From Planktothrix sp. GU0601_MAG3 (lineage in GTDB: Bacteria; Cyanobacteriota; Cyanobacteriia; Cyanobacteriales; Microcoleaceae): DNA of 64,000 nt. The DNA lies in NCBI GenBank assembly GCA_035193785.1, contig CP136572.1:2644578-2708577 (forward strand), given 5' to 3'. This document shows, piece by piece, positions 1-10,207 of this stretch. Every line of letters begins with the position of its first letter. Position 1 is the first letter of the stretch. The notes under the pieces were generated by a model. That model did no database searches, was not told where the DNA came from, and saw nothing but the letters and a program-made list of their open reading frames with translations. A program made the translations under genes and the position numbers.

Positions 1-84
1 AGTCTTCAATAAAACTTTGTTCATCTTAATACAGGGTTTTTGGACTATTTTACACCTTTTCCTTGCATCCTTATCAGTTTTCAT
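1..84 (-). CDS. 5' end of an unknown CDS running off the window
   Basis: AAGGAGG SD upstream of ATG at 84; frame open to window edge (MKTDKDARKRCKIVQ...). Confidence 0.4.
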   Translation of the reverse strand, partial: MKTDKDARKRCKIVQKPCIKMNKVLLKT

Positions 85-123
85 CGCTGAAGCCTCCTTA
101 CGCTGTCCCCTTTTTGATCTTCT

Positions 124-756
124 TCAGCAAGCCCTAAATAATGCTCGATAAACAGGTTCACCTTTTTCTAAAGTTGATTGTTCTCTTTCCGTGGAAAGGG
201 GCAGGGGATTTTCTGTTAACCAGTCGTTTTGGGTACGAATAAAAGCGGGATGTTCGGAAAAGCGATCGCACATTTCTACTGCAACTTCCTCGATATCAGA
301 TTGGACAAAAACCTCCGTTCCTACTGCTAAATAATCGGCTAAATTATTCACTAATTCCGGTTGAACAACTCGGCGTTTTTGATGGCGTTTTTTAAACCAA
401 GGATCAGGAAATTGAATACTAACTCGTTTTAAACATCCTGTTGGTAGGGACAATAAAATCGGTTTAATTGAAGTATTAGCATTACAAAATAAATAATGCA
501 AATTAGTTAATCCCAGTTGATCTCGGAAACTATTAGCGTCATCTACTAGGGTTTCTCTAATTTCTAATCCCAAATAATTCCACTGGGGTTCTAATTGGGC
601 AAATTCCCATAAAAATTGACCTCTAGCACAGCCAATATCTAAATGAATTGGTTGATTAGGATTAGCATAAATCCTTGACCAGTCAGGAGGAATAACCGGG
701 TCTTTATATTTTTGACTTAGGGGATTAACGTGTTGACGAACTCGGACGCGGGGCAT
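124..756 (-). CDS. trmB: tRNA (guanine-N7)-methyltransferase
   Basis: RVRQHVNP N-terminus, [11 protein letters not shown] motif, [14 protein letters not shown] signature. Confidence 0.95.
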   Translation of the reverse strand: MPRVRVRQHVNPLSQKYKDPVIPPDWSRIYANPNQPIHLDIGCARGQFLWEFAQLEPQWNYLGLEIRETLVDDANSFRDQLGLTNLHYLFCNANTSIKPILLSLPTGCLKRVSIQFPDPWFKKRHQKRRVVQPELVNNLADYLAVGTEVFVQSDIEEVAVEMCDRFSEHPAFIRTQNDWLTENPLPLSTEREQSTLEKGEPVYRALFRAC

Positions 757-786
757 AAATAATTACTGTAAAATGAACAATAGGAT

Positions 787-1827
787 TTAGTTAAATTGGG
801 AGTATAATAGTTCTTTATGAACTTTTGCCCTATCTACAAAAAACTCGATTTTTCCCTGGGAAAAGGGTTGATTATTAGCATAACAATCGATCCAGGTTTT
901 ACTAATTAAATTAGGATCGTTGGGGAGTTGACCGATTTCCCATCCGGGTAATTGTAATTCTTCCATTAAACGGCTAACTTTAGGATCATAACTCAAGGCA
1001 AAACAGCGACATTGTTCTGTAGCTGCCATAATTAAACTATGAAATCGCATTCCAATCATAAATTCTACCCCTCGAAATACTCCTTTTAATTGTCGCGGAT
1101 CTTCTAATATTAGAATCTGACTATTTTCGGGTAGGGCTTGATGTAGAATTTGGGCGATCGCTAAATCTTGAATCGGCTGAAACGGAATTAATAAAATAAA
1201 CGTTTGGGTGGCTTTTTGAAAAGATATTAATGCCTGAGTAATTAATAATAACCGTTCGGGCGTCAGTTGGGGATCGGGTCGTAGGGTCAAGGCGACTCTA
1301 GGGGCGGGTAAATCCCATAATCCGGCCACGGGTCGAGATTCCAAGGCCCAAACCGGATCGGGGGCCAGGGTAAAGGGAATATTCCAGTTAGATAATAACC
1401 TCGCAGAACCCACATCCCGCACGCTCACGGCACTACAGCCGGAAAAGGTTTTTTTTGCCAGCCATCGAGAAAGAGAACGGTTCAAGGGGCCAATACCTTG
1501 CGCCCAGGCGATCGTTGTCAGTTCCATCCGTTGCGCTAATCCCATCAAAGCGCCATAATAAAAAGGACTGATGGCACTGGTTACATCTTGGATCAGGCTA
1601 CCTCCGCCCCAAATCAAAGCATCGGCGCGGCGCAGGGCGTTGAAAACTGCCATCCCATTCATCCGGTCGCAGGCTTCCACCTGATAATGGTTTTGGGTTT
1701 GGCTGGGGTTTCCCGACAAGATAATTGGTTCCACCGTCGGCGGTAGCATTTGTAATAGCGATGCTAACAAAGCCTCATCCCCCCCATTGCCCTTTCCATA
1801 ATATCCACTACAAATTACCCGTTGCAT
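787..1827 (-). CDS. csaB: polysaccharide pyruvyl transferase CsaB
   Basis: GYYGxGNxGDEA, GGGSLIQD, SVRD, GMRFHSLI, YDPKV motifs. Confidence 0.9.
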   Translation of the reverse strand: MQRVICSGYYGKGNGGDEALLASLLQMLPPTVEPIILSGNPSQTQNHYQVEACDRMNGMAVFNALRRADALIWGGGSLIQDVTSAISPFYYGALMGLAQRMELTTIAWAQGIGPLNRSLSRWLAKKTFSGCSAVSVRDVGSARLLSNWNIPFTLAPDPVWALESRPVAGLWDLPAPRVALTLRPDPQLTPERLLLITQALISFQKATQTFILLIPFQPIQDLAIAQILHQALPENSQILILEDPRQLKGVFRGVEFMIGMRFHSLIMAATEQCRCFALSYDPKVSRLMEELQLPGWEIGQLPNDPNLISKTWIDCYANNQPFSQGKIEFFVDRAKVHKELLYSQFN

Positions 1828-1938
1828 GGCCTCCCGTTTCTCCAGTTCCCAATATTAATATTAGATTGTACGCTAATTAAATTAACATAAATATCAGACT
1901 CAAATATTAACTAACTTTCTGTTATCAATTGTCAAATT

Positions 1939-2244
1939 ATGCACGCTTTATCTATTCCGACCTGGGTAATTCATATTTCGAGTGTGATTGAGTGGATTGT
2001 TGCGATTTGGTTCATCTGGATTTATGGAGAAGTGACCCAAAATCGAGCTTGGTGGGGTCTTTCCTTCGCTATGTTACCATCTTTAGTCAGCGCCATGTGT
2101 GCCTGTACCTGGCATTATTTTGATAATCCTGCCTCCTTAGAATGGTTAGTTACTTTACAAGCAACGATGACGGTGGTAGGAAATACGACCCTTTGTGTGG
2201 CGGCTTGGTGGATTTGGCGTAATGCAAATTCCGTTAAAAATTAA
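1939..2244 (+). CDS. Ycf49/DUF2499 family membrane protein
   Basis: MHALSIPTWVIHISSVIEW start typical of the family; adjacent to DUF3593-like gene. Confidence 0.8.
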   Translation: MHALSIPTWVIHISSVIEWIVAIWFIWIYGEVTQNRAWWGLSFAMLPSLVSAMCACTWHYFDNPASLEWLVTLQATMTVVGNTTLCVAAWWIWRNANSVKN

Positions 2245-2306
2245 GTAGGGGCGGGTTTCTAGTAAATTTCTGCTAATCACCTAAATCTATATTAACCCGC
2301 CCCTAC
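2245..2306. repeat. GTAG-type REP-like palindromic element
   Basis: GTAGGGGCGGGTT...AACCCGCCCCTAC inverted ends; related copy in opposite orientation at 61060-61121. Confidence 0.8.
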
Positions 2307-2350
2307 TTGGTTTTGTACAAGATTTGATTCCCTCTAACCTTTAAAAAACA

Positions 2351-2647
2351 ATGTTTTCAAAAGATACTTTATTTGCGGTTTCTCTATTTCCCTATCTAGG
2401 GTTTTTGTGGTTTTTAACTCGTTCGGGACAAATGCCCCGTTTAGCTTTAATGGGATTCTATGGAACATTAGTATTTGTCGCAGTAACAATTCCGGCGGGA
2501 ATTTATGCCAAAGTTGCCTATGGGGAATCTTTAGCTAATATTGATTGGTTACATGGCGGGGCGGAGGTCTTTTTAACCTTGGCTAATATTTTACTGGTTT
2601 TAGGCTTTCGCCAAGCAATCATTGAAAAACAATCCTCCCAGCAATAA
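2351..2647 (+). CDS. DUF3593 family membrane protein
   Basis: LFAVSLFPYLGFL, DWLHGGAE motifs. Confidence 0.75.
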   Translation: MFSKDTLFAVSLFPYLGFLWFLTRSGQMPRLALMGFYGTLVFVAVTIPAGIYAKVAYGESLANIDWLHGGAEVFLTLANILLVLGFRQAIIEKQSSQQ

Positions 2648-2652
2648 ATAAA

Positions 2653-3867
2653 ATGGTTTCTCCTAAAACTAACCAGGCTTTTATTTTAACCATAAGTGCC
2701 ATCTTGAGTTTATCTTTATTTGGCATTATGGTTTATCTTTTTATCAATCCTAAAACTGGTTTAATTCCAGGGGTTATTTCGGAAACCCAAAAATCAATAA
2801 ACCTTTTAGAAACAAATTCTCTAACCATTGGAATTTTAGGAAAATCGGAGGATTATACCCCATTAGTTGAATATTTAAAACAACAGTTTGGTGATCAAAT
2901 TACTATTAATATTGATAGTAAACTTAGGGAATCGTATCAAGAGGTAAAAAACAAACTTGCCACTAAAAAATGGGATATTGCTTTTACCCTTTCCCCGATG
3001 ATTTCTGTAGCTGCTAAAGATAACGAATATGTTTGGGTAGCGCGAATGTTTCCCCAGTCTCCACCCTATTATCAATCGGCATTATTTGTTGAAAAAAATA
3101 GTTCAATTCAGTCTATTTCTGATTTTGAAAATACCACTCTGATTGCTTTGGGAGATTTTAACTCTGCTTCTAGTTTTTATATGCCTAGTTATGATTTATT
3201 TGGCAAATCTCTACGGGTGACGATGGGACATAGGGGAGAAGTGATTCAAGAATTAGTTAAAACCGGGAAAGCGGATGTCGGTGCGGCATCCTATGAAGCG
3301 GTTAAAAATGATCCTGATTTTAGGGTAATTCAGATTAGTAGAAATATTCCAGGGTCAGGAGTATATCTGTCTCCTAATTTGTCAAATAATGACCAAAAAG
3401 CGATTACCCAAGCATTAGTTAATGCTCCGGCAAATATCCAAAAACAAGCGAATTATGGTGTTGATGGGGAACCGGATTTTTCCTACTTTATCCAAATTAG
3501 CAAAAGAGCAGAAGAAGTATTAAAATGTGGGGATTTTACTCAAAATCCGGTTAACTTTTTTTGTTCTCCAGCCACTTCTAATATTTCAGAGTCTTTGACA
3601 ACAAAATCCAATCAAATTATCGGAATTGTGAATGGTTTAAGCATAGTAGAAAATCAAATGACTCGATTAACATTACAAGCAAAAGATAAAAAGATTTATT
3701 ATGTTTTTCTGAATCCTAAAATTTTGAATCAGATTCCCAATGGCGGCAGCGGGTTAAATCTACAAAATAAAACTATTGCAATTAGAGGAGTTATTCCAGA
3801 ACAACAATCTAATAAAATTGATAAAATTATTATTACTGACTCCAATCAAATCAGTGTTTTAAATTAA
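2653..3867 (+). CDS. membrane-anchored phosphate/phosphonate-binding (PhnD-like) domain protein
   Basis: N-terminal TM helix; YQSALFV, SASSFYMP, GKADVGA motifs of the PhnD fold; no permease or ATPase nearby. Confidence 0.7.
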   Translation: MVSPKTNQAFILTISAILSLSLFGIMVYLFINPKTGLIPGVISETQKSINLLETNSLTIGILGKSEDYTPLVEYLKQQFGDQITINIDSKLRESYQEVKNKLATKKWDIAFTLSPMISVAAKDNEYVWVARMFPQSPPYYQSALFVEKNSSIQSISDFENTTLIALGDFNSASSFYMPSYDLFGKSLRVTMGHRGEVIQELVKTGKADVGAASYEAVKNDPDFRVIQISRNIPGSGVYLSPNLSNNDQKAITQALVNAPANIQKQANYGVDGEPDFSYFIQISKRAEEVLKCGDFTQNPVNFFCSPATSNISESLTTKSNQIIGIVNGLSIVENQMTRLTLQAKDKKIYYVFLNPKILNQIPNGGSGLNLQNKTIAIRGVIPEQQSNKIDKIIITDSNQISVLN

Positions 3868-3904
3868 AAAATTATCTAGCCGGAGGTCAACTATTATTCT
3901 TAAA

Positions 3905-4498
3905 TTGTTTTTAATAGGTTTATTACCTATTGTTTTCACTCCAGAAAGTTTTTATTCATCCACAGTCGGTTTTACTTCGCCAGAAAATCAACAGACTGTA
4001 GCCACGATTATTCCTGATTTTTCTATCCCTAAAATTACTCCTATACAACCTCAAACAATAGATCTTGACCAATGCGATGAAATTCCATCCGGCTATGGAA
4101 TTCCTGGGTTTAGACCAGGTATTGATCAAAATCAAGTCTTGCAGATGTTTGGGACTCCCGCCGGAATAGAAATAGGATATTGGCCGAATACCCAAGCGGT
4201 TTTTTATCATTTAATTCCTAACCGTGTTAGTTTGGGTTTTTTGTTTGATAAAAAATCGGGTAAATTGCGACAAACAGAGGCAGCATTTTCCCAAGAAGTT
4301 GATTTACAAACTATTTTAATTACTCTCAATAGTATGTCCGGTTGTCGCTTAAATTCTCCCTTAGAATTAGGTCTAAAAAGCGTTTATAACCGTCGAGATA
4401 AAGATTATTATTTTGCCATTGATTCACTCAAGGGAATTATTCAACGAGATCAATATGATCGAATTTATATTGGGATTTGGGAGGCAGATTTACATTAG
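3905..4498 (+). CDS. hypothetical protein resembling the C-terminal domain of cyanobacterial Ser/Thr kinases; start uncertain
   Basis: 197-aa ORF with GYWPNT, LGFLFD, LRQTEAAF, IYIGIWEADLH; resemblance is from memory. Confidence 0.6.
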   Translation: MFLIGLLPIVFTPESFYSSTVGFTSPENQQTVATIIPDFSIPKITPIQPQTIDLDQCDEIPSGYGIPGFRPGIDQNQVLQMFGTPAGIEIGYWPNTQAVFYHLIPNRVSLGFLFDKKSGKLRQTEAAFSQEVDLQTILITLNSMSGCRLNSPLELGLKSVYNRRDKDYYFAIDSLKGIIQRDQYDRIYIGIWEADLH

Positions 4499-4821
4499 CT
4501 TGCTTAACCAAAAACTAAATTAGCCCTCTTCTGTCACTCTCCGAAAAATCTTGCATTTTTTGAGTCCTCAAGGGTAGACACAGCAAGCGATCACGCTATT
4601 TTTTTCGAGTAGCAATTTCTGAGAGTGCGAAATTGGCTAAAATGGGATCGCCCCATCCCAGATAGTTGACTATAACGTGGCTTTGGAAATTACTAATCAT
4701 AGGAAAAACCGGAGAGTGACAGAAAAGGGATATGAACGAGTAATCGGTCGCTTTTGTCAACCTGAATGATAGCAAAAACAATCGCATTTTTTAATTGATA
4801 AATTCAAATGAATAAGGAATA

Positions 4822-7503
4822 TTAATTATTTTCAGCGATCGCTTTGGTTAAATCAATAATGACATCATAGCGAAAATCATCGGCTAATTGAGTTAACAAT
4901 TTACCAATTGACTCCTGAGAAGGTGGAATCTTTTTAATAGCTTCGGCCACTAACCTAGAGTTAAGTTTTAATGCGGCTTGATATAACTCTTGAACAATCG
5001 GTTTTGCCAATAATTCTAACACCTCTGGAGTTAATTCTGCCAGATGGTTTAATTCTAGGGTCGGGGTTTCTAAATCCTCTAAATTTTCTTCATAAATAAA
5101 ACTAACTCCCAAATATTGAGAAATCTTTTCAAATAACCAATCAACTCGGAAAGGTTTGGGAATAAAATCATCACAGCCCGCCGATAAAAATACTAATTGA
5201 TCCTGTTGTAAAGCACTAGCAGTCAAGGCAATAATTATTGTAGATTGACCTGCTTGTAAATGCTGTTTAATCCGTCGGGTTGCTTCATAACCATCCATAA
5301 TCGGCATTCGCATATCCATAAAAATTAAATCTGGTTGCCAATTTTCCCAAATTGTAATGGCTTCTTGACCATTTTCTGCTTCTTTTAATTGAAATCCCAA
5401 GGGTTTTAAAACCTTAATAACTAACTGTCTATTTGTCCAATTATCATCAACTACTAAAATCCGATAGTTGGGTTGGTTAGGGGCTAAACCAATGACTCGT
5501 CGGGTCAATTCCTGAGAACTAATATCGGAAAAAATAGCTAACTTAGCTTGAATATAAAATTTAAAGATTGTGCCTTTTCCAACTTCACTATTAACGGTTA
5601 TTTCTCCCCCCATTAATTGTACAAACTGCTGACTAATAGATAAACCTAATCCAGTTCCTTGTTGAGATTTTCGGCCCGTTTCAGTTTGGATAAATGGTTG
5701 GAATAGTAATTCTAATTCTGCGGCTGAAATTCCCGATCCAGTATCTTCAATTTCAAAGCCAATTAAAATTTTATTTGAGGATATCTTATTATTTAATGGT
5801 TTAACTTTTAAAGTAATAAATCCTTTTTCGGTAAATTTAATTGAATTGCCTAATAGATTAATTAATACCTGTCGTAATTTACTTTCATCGGTTTCAATAT
5901 ATTCAGCCAGACCCAAATCAGAAATAATATTAAACTCTAAACCTTTAGATTGGGCTTTAAATGCTAACATATCTTTAATCGAATCGAGCAGACTTAATAA
6001 ATCAAACTTAGTGGGATTTAATACAATTTGTCCCGCCTCAATTTTAGACATCTCTAAAACATCATTAATTAAATTCAATAGATGTTCTCCACTGCGACCA
6101 ATAATATCTAAATGTTCTTGATGTTCCGCTAACAATACCTGAGAATTTCGCTTTAAATCCCGTTCTATTAGTTGGGTAAATCCTAAAATAGCATTCATCG
6201 GAGTTCGCAATTCATGACTCATGCGGGCAAGAAATTCACTCTTGGCACGGTTGGCGGTTTCTGCGGCTTCTTTTGCTTGTTGTAAGGCAATTTCTGCCTG
6301 TTTGCGATCGCAAATATCCCGCACAATTGCACAGCCATATTCTTTATTATTATATTCTAAATAACTCAAAGTAATTTCAACACTAATTTCTTGACCTGTT
6401 TTGGTTAAATGAACCGATTCAAAAGTAAAAGAACCCTGTTGTTTTAACTCCTCCCAAGAAATCGACCAGGCATCATCAAGGGCTTGGGTATCAATATCTT
6501 TAACCCGCATTTTCAATAATTCTTCTCGGGAATATCCCAAAGCATTACAAGCGGCTTCATTCACATCAAAAAAACGTGCTTGACTATCCGTAAATAAGAA
6601 ATAATCCCTTGATTTTTCAATAGAAAACTGTGTTAATCTCAACTTTTCATCAATTTCTTTTCGTTCGGTAATATCTTCAATTACCCCCAAAATTCCAATC
6701 ACATTTCCCTTAGAATCCTGCATCGGAATCCGACTGATATCTAACCATAATTGTCGCCCATCAGCAGCAAGTTTTTGTTTGGGCGCAATTAGGTGCATTT
6801 CCGCTTGTTTAGATGCCATTACCCGCCGATCCTGGGCGCGAAAAAAGTCTCCAATTTTAGGATCAGAAAATAAATCATGATCGGTTTTTCCCATCACATA
6901 TTCTGGACTTTCTAACTGAGCCGCTTCCGCCCAATTGGTATTACACCCTCTAAAGACTAAATTCGTATCTTTCCAAAATACTTGCTGGGGAATATTATTT
7001 AAAATTAAACGTAAATATTCTTCTCTTTCTTTGATATCTTCTTCCGCTAATTTCCGTAGGGTAATATTCTGAATTTGACTCATCACAGAATAAGGTTTTC
7101 CCTGGGCATCTAAACGCAAATAACCATTGACAATCGCATAAACCCAATGTCCTTGTTTATGTCGATAGCGTTTTTCTAGTTGAAATTGCGAGATTTTTTG
7201 AGTAATTAACTGATTAAAGGACTCAAAACTAATTTTTTGATCATCGGGATGGATAATCTGATTAAATTGAAATTCCATCAATTCCGCGTTAGAATAACCT
7301 AAAAACTGGCAAAAAGCACAATTCACCTCCAAAAAACGCCCCTCCAAGGAAATTTCTACCATTCCAATCGGAGATAAGTGAAATAAATCTCCCCAATGGG
7401 ATTGACTTTCTTGGAGTGCAATTTCCAGTTGCTGACGAGCTTTAGTTTCGGCGGCAAGTTGTTCTTGTAATACTTGTATTTGTGATTCTTTGGAATTGTT
7501 CAT
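4822..7503 (-). CDS. multi-PAS hybrid sensor histidine kinase / receiver
   Basis: three PAS/PAC repeats, H-box FLARMSHELRTP, N-box NLLGNSIKFT, G-boxes, receiver FMDMRMP. Confidence 0.95.
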   Translation of the reverse strand: MNNSKESQIQVLQEQLAAETKARQQLEIALQESQSHWGDLFHLSPIGMVEISLEGRFLEVNCAFCQFLGYSNAELMEFQFNQIIHPDDQKISFESFNQLITQKISQFQLEKRYRHKQGHWVYAIVNGYLRLDAQGKPYSVMSQIQNITLRKLAEEDIKEREEYLRLILNNIPQQVFWKDTNLVFRGCNTNWAEAAQLESPEYVMGKTDHDLFSDPKIGDFFRAQDRRVMASKQAEMHLIAPKQKLAADGRQLWLDISRIPMQDSKGNVIGILGVIEDITERKEIDEKLRLTQFSIEKSRDYFLFTDSQARFFDVNEAACNALGYSREELLKMRVKDIDTQALDDAWSISWEELKQQGSFTFESVHLTKTGQEISVEITLSYLEYNNKEYGCAIVRDICDRKQAEIALQQAKEAAETANRAKSEFLARMSHELRTPMNAILGFTQLIERDLKRNSQVLLAEHQEHLDIIGRSGEHLLNLINDVLEMSKIEAGQIVLNPTKFDLLSLLDSIKDMLAFKAQSKGLEFNIISDLGLAEYIETDESKLRQVLINLLGNSIKFTEKGFITLKVKPLNNKISSNKILIGFEIEDTGSGISAAELELLFQPFIQTETGRKSQQGTGLGLSISQQFVQLMGGEITVNSEVGKGTIFKFYIQAKLAIFSDISSQELTRRVIGLAPNQPNYRILVVDDNWTNRQLVIKVLKPLGFQLKEAENGQEAITIWENWQPDLIFMDMRMPIMDGYEATRRIKQHLQAGQSTIIIALTASALQQDQLVFLSAGCDDFIPKPFRVDWLFEKISQYLGVSFIYEENLEDLETPTLELNHLAELTPEVLELLAKPIVQELYQAALKLNSRLVAEAIKKIPPSQESIGKLLTQLADDFRYDVIIDLTKAIAENN

Positions 7504-7520
7504 AATTAATTACCTTAATC

Positions 7521-8661
7521 TTATTTTGGTAATGTAAAATAGAATGTGGTTCCGATTTCCCATTCTGATTCTAACCAAATTTTTCCTTGATGGCGTTCAA
7601 CTATTTTCTTACAAATTGCTAACCCTACCCCACTGCCTGGATAATCTTGATGGGTGTGAAGACGCTGAAAAACTTGAAAAATCCGATCAAAGTTTTCGGG
7701 TTTGATGCCGATGCCATTATCTTCCACTTTAAATAGCCATTCCTTGGGTTTTTCTTGAACAGAAATTACGATTTTAGGCTGAATATTAGGCCGTTGATAT
7801 TTAATCCCATTCCCAATTAAATTCTGAAATAATTGTCCGAGTTGAATTCGATCTCCCATCAGGGTTGGCAGGGGTTCAGAAGCAATAATGGCACGACTTT
7901 CTTCAATAGCACTATGCAAATGACCTAGGGATTTTCTCAAAACTTCCTGACAGTCTGTCAATTCAAAGTTACGTTTTTTGGTTCCCACTCGACTATATTC
8001 CAGTAGGTTGTGGATTAGTTCTTGCATCCGAATCCCTTCTTCTAAAATTGGGCTAACATATTCCTCGGCTTCCTGTTCTAAATTGATTTCGGATTTTAAG
8101 GCTAATAACAGTTTCTGCAAATCCCGTAATTGTTTGTAAAGGTTGCTGTAAATCATGGGAAACGACATAGGCAAATTCCTCTAACTCTTGATTAGAACGC
8201 TGTAACTCTTGATTTAATTGTTCTAGTTTAAAATTTTTATCTTGTAATTGTCGTTGTAAACGGCGAATGGTGAGTTGATTTTCAATCCGGGCAAAAACTT
8301 CTTCCACCTGAAAAGGTTTCGTAATATAATCCACGCATCCAACCTTAAAGGCCTTAACTTTATCGAAAACATCATCTAAAGCACTCAGAAAAATGACGGG
8401 GATTTCTGCTGTTTCTTCCTGAGTTTTTAAGCGTTCACAAACTTCATACCCGTCCATTTCCGGCATTTTAATATCTAATAATATCAAGTCCGGTGGTTCA
8501 TTGGTCACCGCCATTAATGCTAATTTTCCATTAATAGCACATTGCACCTCATACCCCTGTTCAGTTAAAGTTTTGGATAACAGTCTTAAGTTATCGGGGG
8601 TGTCATCAACAATTAAAATATGACCTTGACAATCTGACATAAAGTTTTTACCAAAAATCAT
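7521..8661 (-). CDS. receiver-histidine kinase hybrid (one gene; +1 artefact at GTTTC 8111-8115)
   Basis: receiver LLDIKMP then H-box VSHDLQQP; removing one base gives GFAELLLALK and joins the HATPase ORF. Confidence 0.9.
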
Positions 8662-8716
8662 GGTTTAAAGCATTGCATTTTTATAGCAACTTTTCCAGAA
8701 TAATCTAATCAAGCCA

Positions 8717-8753
8717 AAATCCCCCTCTTTTATCAAGGGGGTTGGGGTATCTC
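8717..8753. repeat. short palindromic intergenic element / possible terminator
   Basis: CCCCCT...AGGGGG stem followed by TTGGGGTATCTC. Confidence 0.45.
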
Positions 8754-8780
8754 CGGTGGTCAATCCCTTTTCTGACGGAA

Positions 8781-9117
8781 CTAACCCTCTAAACTATCTA
8801 AACTCAGGGGAACCATATCGCCCTGAAACGTAAGTCCCAGAAACATTGCTTCTTTGGGTCGGATAATATTCCCTGTTAAAACGCAGCGTTTCCTCTTGTT
8901 CTGCAATGGCGGAAATATGGGCGCGGATATCTTCTCGGGCGAGGGAGGGTCGATAATCTCCCGATTTTTGTTGGACATAATTCCAAAGGATATCTCGAAT
9001 CAATGCTTGATAGCCTTTGTTCTTGGCTAGTCCTTTTAATCTCTCTTTGAGATCCCGTTCTAGGCGAATGCTGGTGACTTCCATATCGGTTGTTGAGGTT
9101 CGAGGAAGGGTATACAT
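8781..9117 (-). CDS. trcR: ribbon-helix-helix repressor, probable TrcR (Anabaena All0854-like); +1 artefact at 8888-8892
   Basis: EVTSIRLERDLKERLK...GYQALIRDIL RHH pattern; repaired C-terminus EERCVLTG...VPLSLDSLEG; divergent from an alr0857-like gene; orthology recalled, not searched. Confidence 0.6.
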
Positions 9118-9138
9118 AATTTTTTATCCTTGAATAAC

Positions 9139-9167
9139 TGGACGTTTCTGTAATATTAGTGTAGTAT
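9139..9167 (+). promoter_or_regulatory. sigma70-type promoter overlapping a probable RHH operator
   Basis: TGGACG-N17-TAGTAT with GTAATA/GTAGTA direct half-sites, just upstream of the divergent RHH gene. Confidence 0.55.
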
Positions 9168-9173
9168 AAACAA

Positions 9174-9530
9174 CGTGAGATTAAAACTATCTAAAATTAA
9201 GGTTTAGCTTCCTTGTGATCAACCTATCCCCATTTGGGCAAAATTCCAATCGTTTCAAGGGTTCTGGCTCCTACAGTGGAGTCAGACACCCCCATGAAAC
9301 CGGAACTTCTCCCGATGGGGGCCAGTCGTGGGGGGGTGATGGAGATCGACTCGCGGCCGAACCCACCCGGATATCTGCCCACTCTATCCCTCTGAGCATT
9401 CCCAGGTTTTTATTAGATTCACGAAGCGGGAGGTACAAATTTAGATGAATTGTACCCGTATCCCAACTTCAACCCGACTCGGTTGAACCCCCGCTTCCTC
9501 ATCAGAACCAGAGGCGGGGGTTTGTGTTTG
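9174..9530 (+). ncRNA. candidate structured ncRNA or long leader
   Basis: GC-rich island with several hairpins between a promoter and a terminator-like stem (see findings). Confidence 0.55.
9486..9530 (+). terminator. terminator-like hairpin
   Basis: AACCCCCGC..CTC / GAGGCGGGGGTT stem followed by a T-rich tail. Confidence 0.6.
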
Positions 9531-9662
9531 TATTAATTAGTGTAAATGGAGTCAAGCCATGACTAGCCCAACGGACAGATTCAAATCTCGTGTTAACCGT
9601 TAACAATTAACTATCAACCCCCGATAAACCCTTGCTTTTTGCAAAAAGGGATCAATTAATCC

Positions 9663-10055
9663 ATGCTGAAGTTAACTTATACCGAAACTACCTTTCATCT
9701 CGAGCGTCTAAGTCAATCTCCAGAACAACTGGTGGCGCTACGGGTGAAATTGGCGATGCGAATGGGCCAAACCATGGTCGTGCAGCCTAGTTCAGCCTCG
9801 TTTTTGTTACCCGTGGGTTTACCCACCCTCTCGATGTTGGAGGCGTCAATCCGTCAACAGCAGTCAGAAGCGATCGCATTATGTCTGGCGGATACGGAAA
9901 CCCTGGAAGTTAGTTTAACCGGAACTTGGATCACAGTTGATCCAGAGGGTGAAACCGGAATTTTTCTGGCTGTTTTAGGCGATCGCACGGAATCTTTACT
10001 CTATCACCTCTGGCAAAAAGCCTATGGCAGTGCTTCCGTCGTTCGGGATTATTAA
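9663..10055 (+). CDS. Alr0857-family conserved cyanobacterial protein
   Basis: MLKLTYTE...HLERL...RVKLAMR...PSSASFLLP, EVSLTGTW, GIFLA pattern. Confidence 0.7.
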   Translation: MLKLTYTETTFHLERLSQSPEQLVALRVKLAMRMGQTMVVQPSSASFLLPVGLPTLSMLEASIRQQQSEAIALCLADTETLEVSLTGTWITVDPEGETGIFLAVLGDRTESLLYHLWQKAYGSASVVRDY

Positions 10056-10057
10056 TT

Positions 10058-10207
10058 AGGGAACAGGGAACAGGGAACAGGGAACGGGGAACAGGGAACA
10101 GGGAACAGGGAACAGGGAACGGGGAACGGGGAACGGGGAACAGGGAACAGGGAACAGGGAACAGGGAACAGGGAACAGGGAACAGGGAATAGGGAATGGG
10201 GAATAGG
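10058..10207. repeat. STRR heptamer tract (GGGAACA)n
   Basis: about 21 tandem 7-mers with GGGAACG/GGGAATA variants; followed by (CGTGAGC)3 and later (CTATTGC)n. Confidence 0.95.

Noticed and set aside
9325..9370. tRNA gene
   Set aside because: Only a T-loop-like motif; I could not build a cloverleaf with acceptor and anticodon arms.
9215..9448. 77-aa ORF in the trcR-alr0857 interval
   Set aside because: GTG start without SD and no recognisable motif; better explained by GC-rich RNA structure, though not fully excluded.
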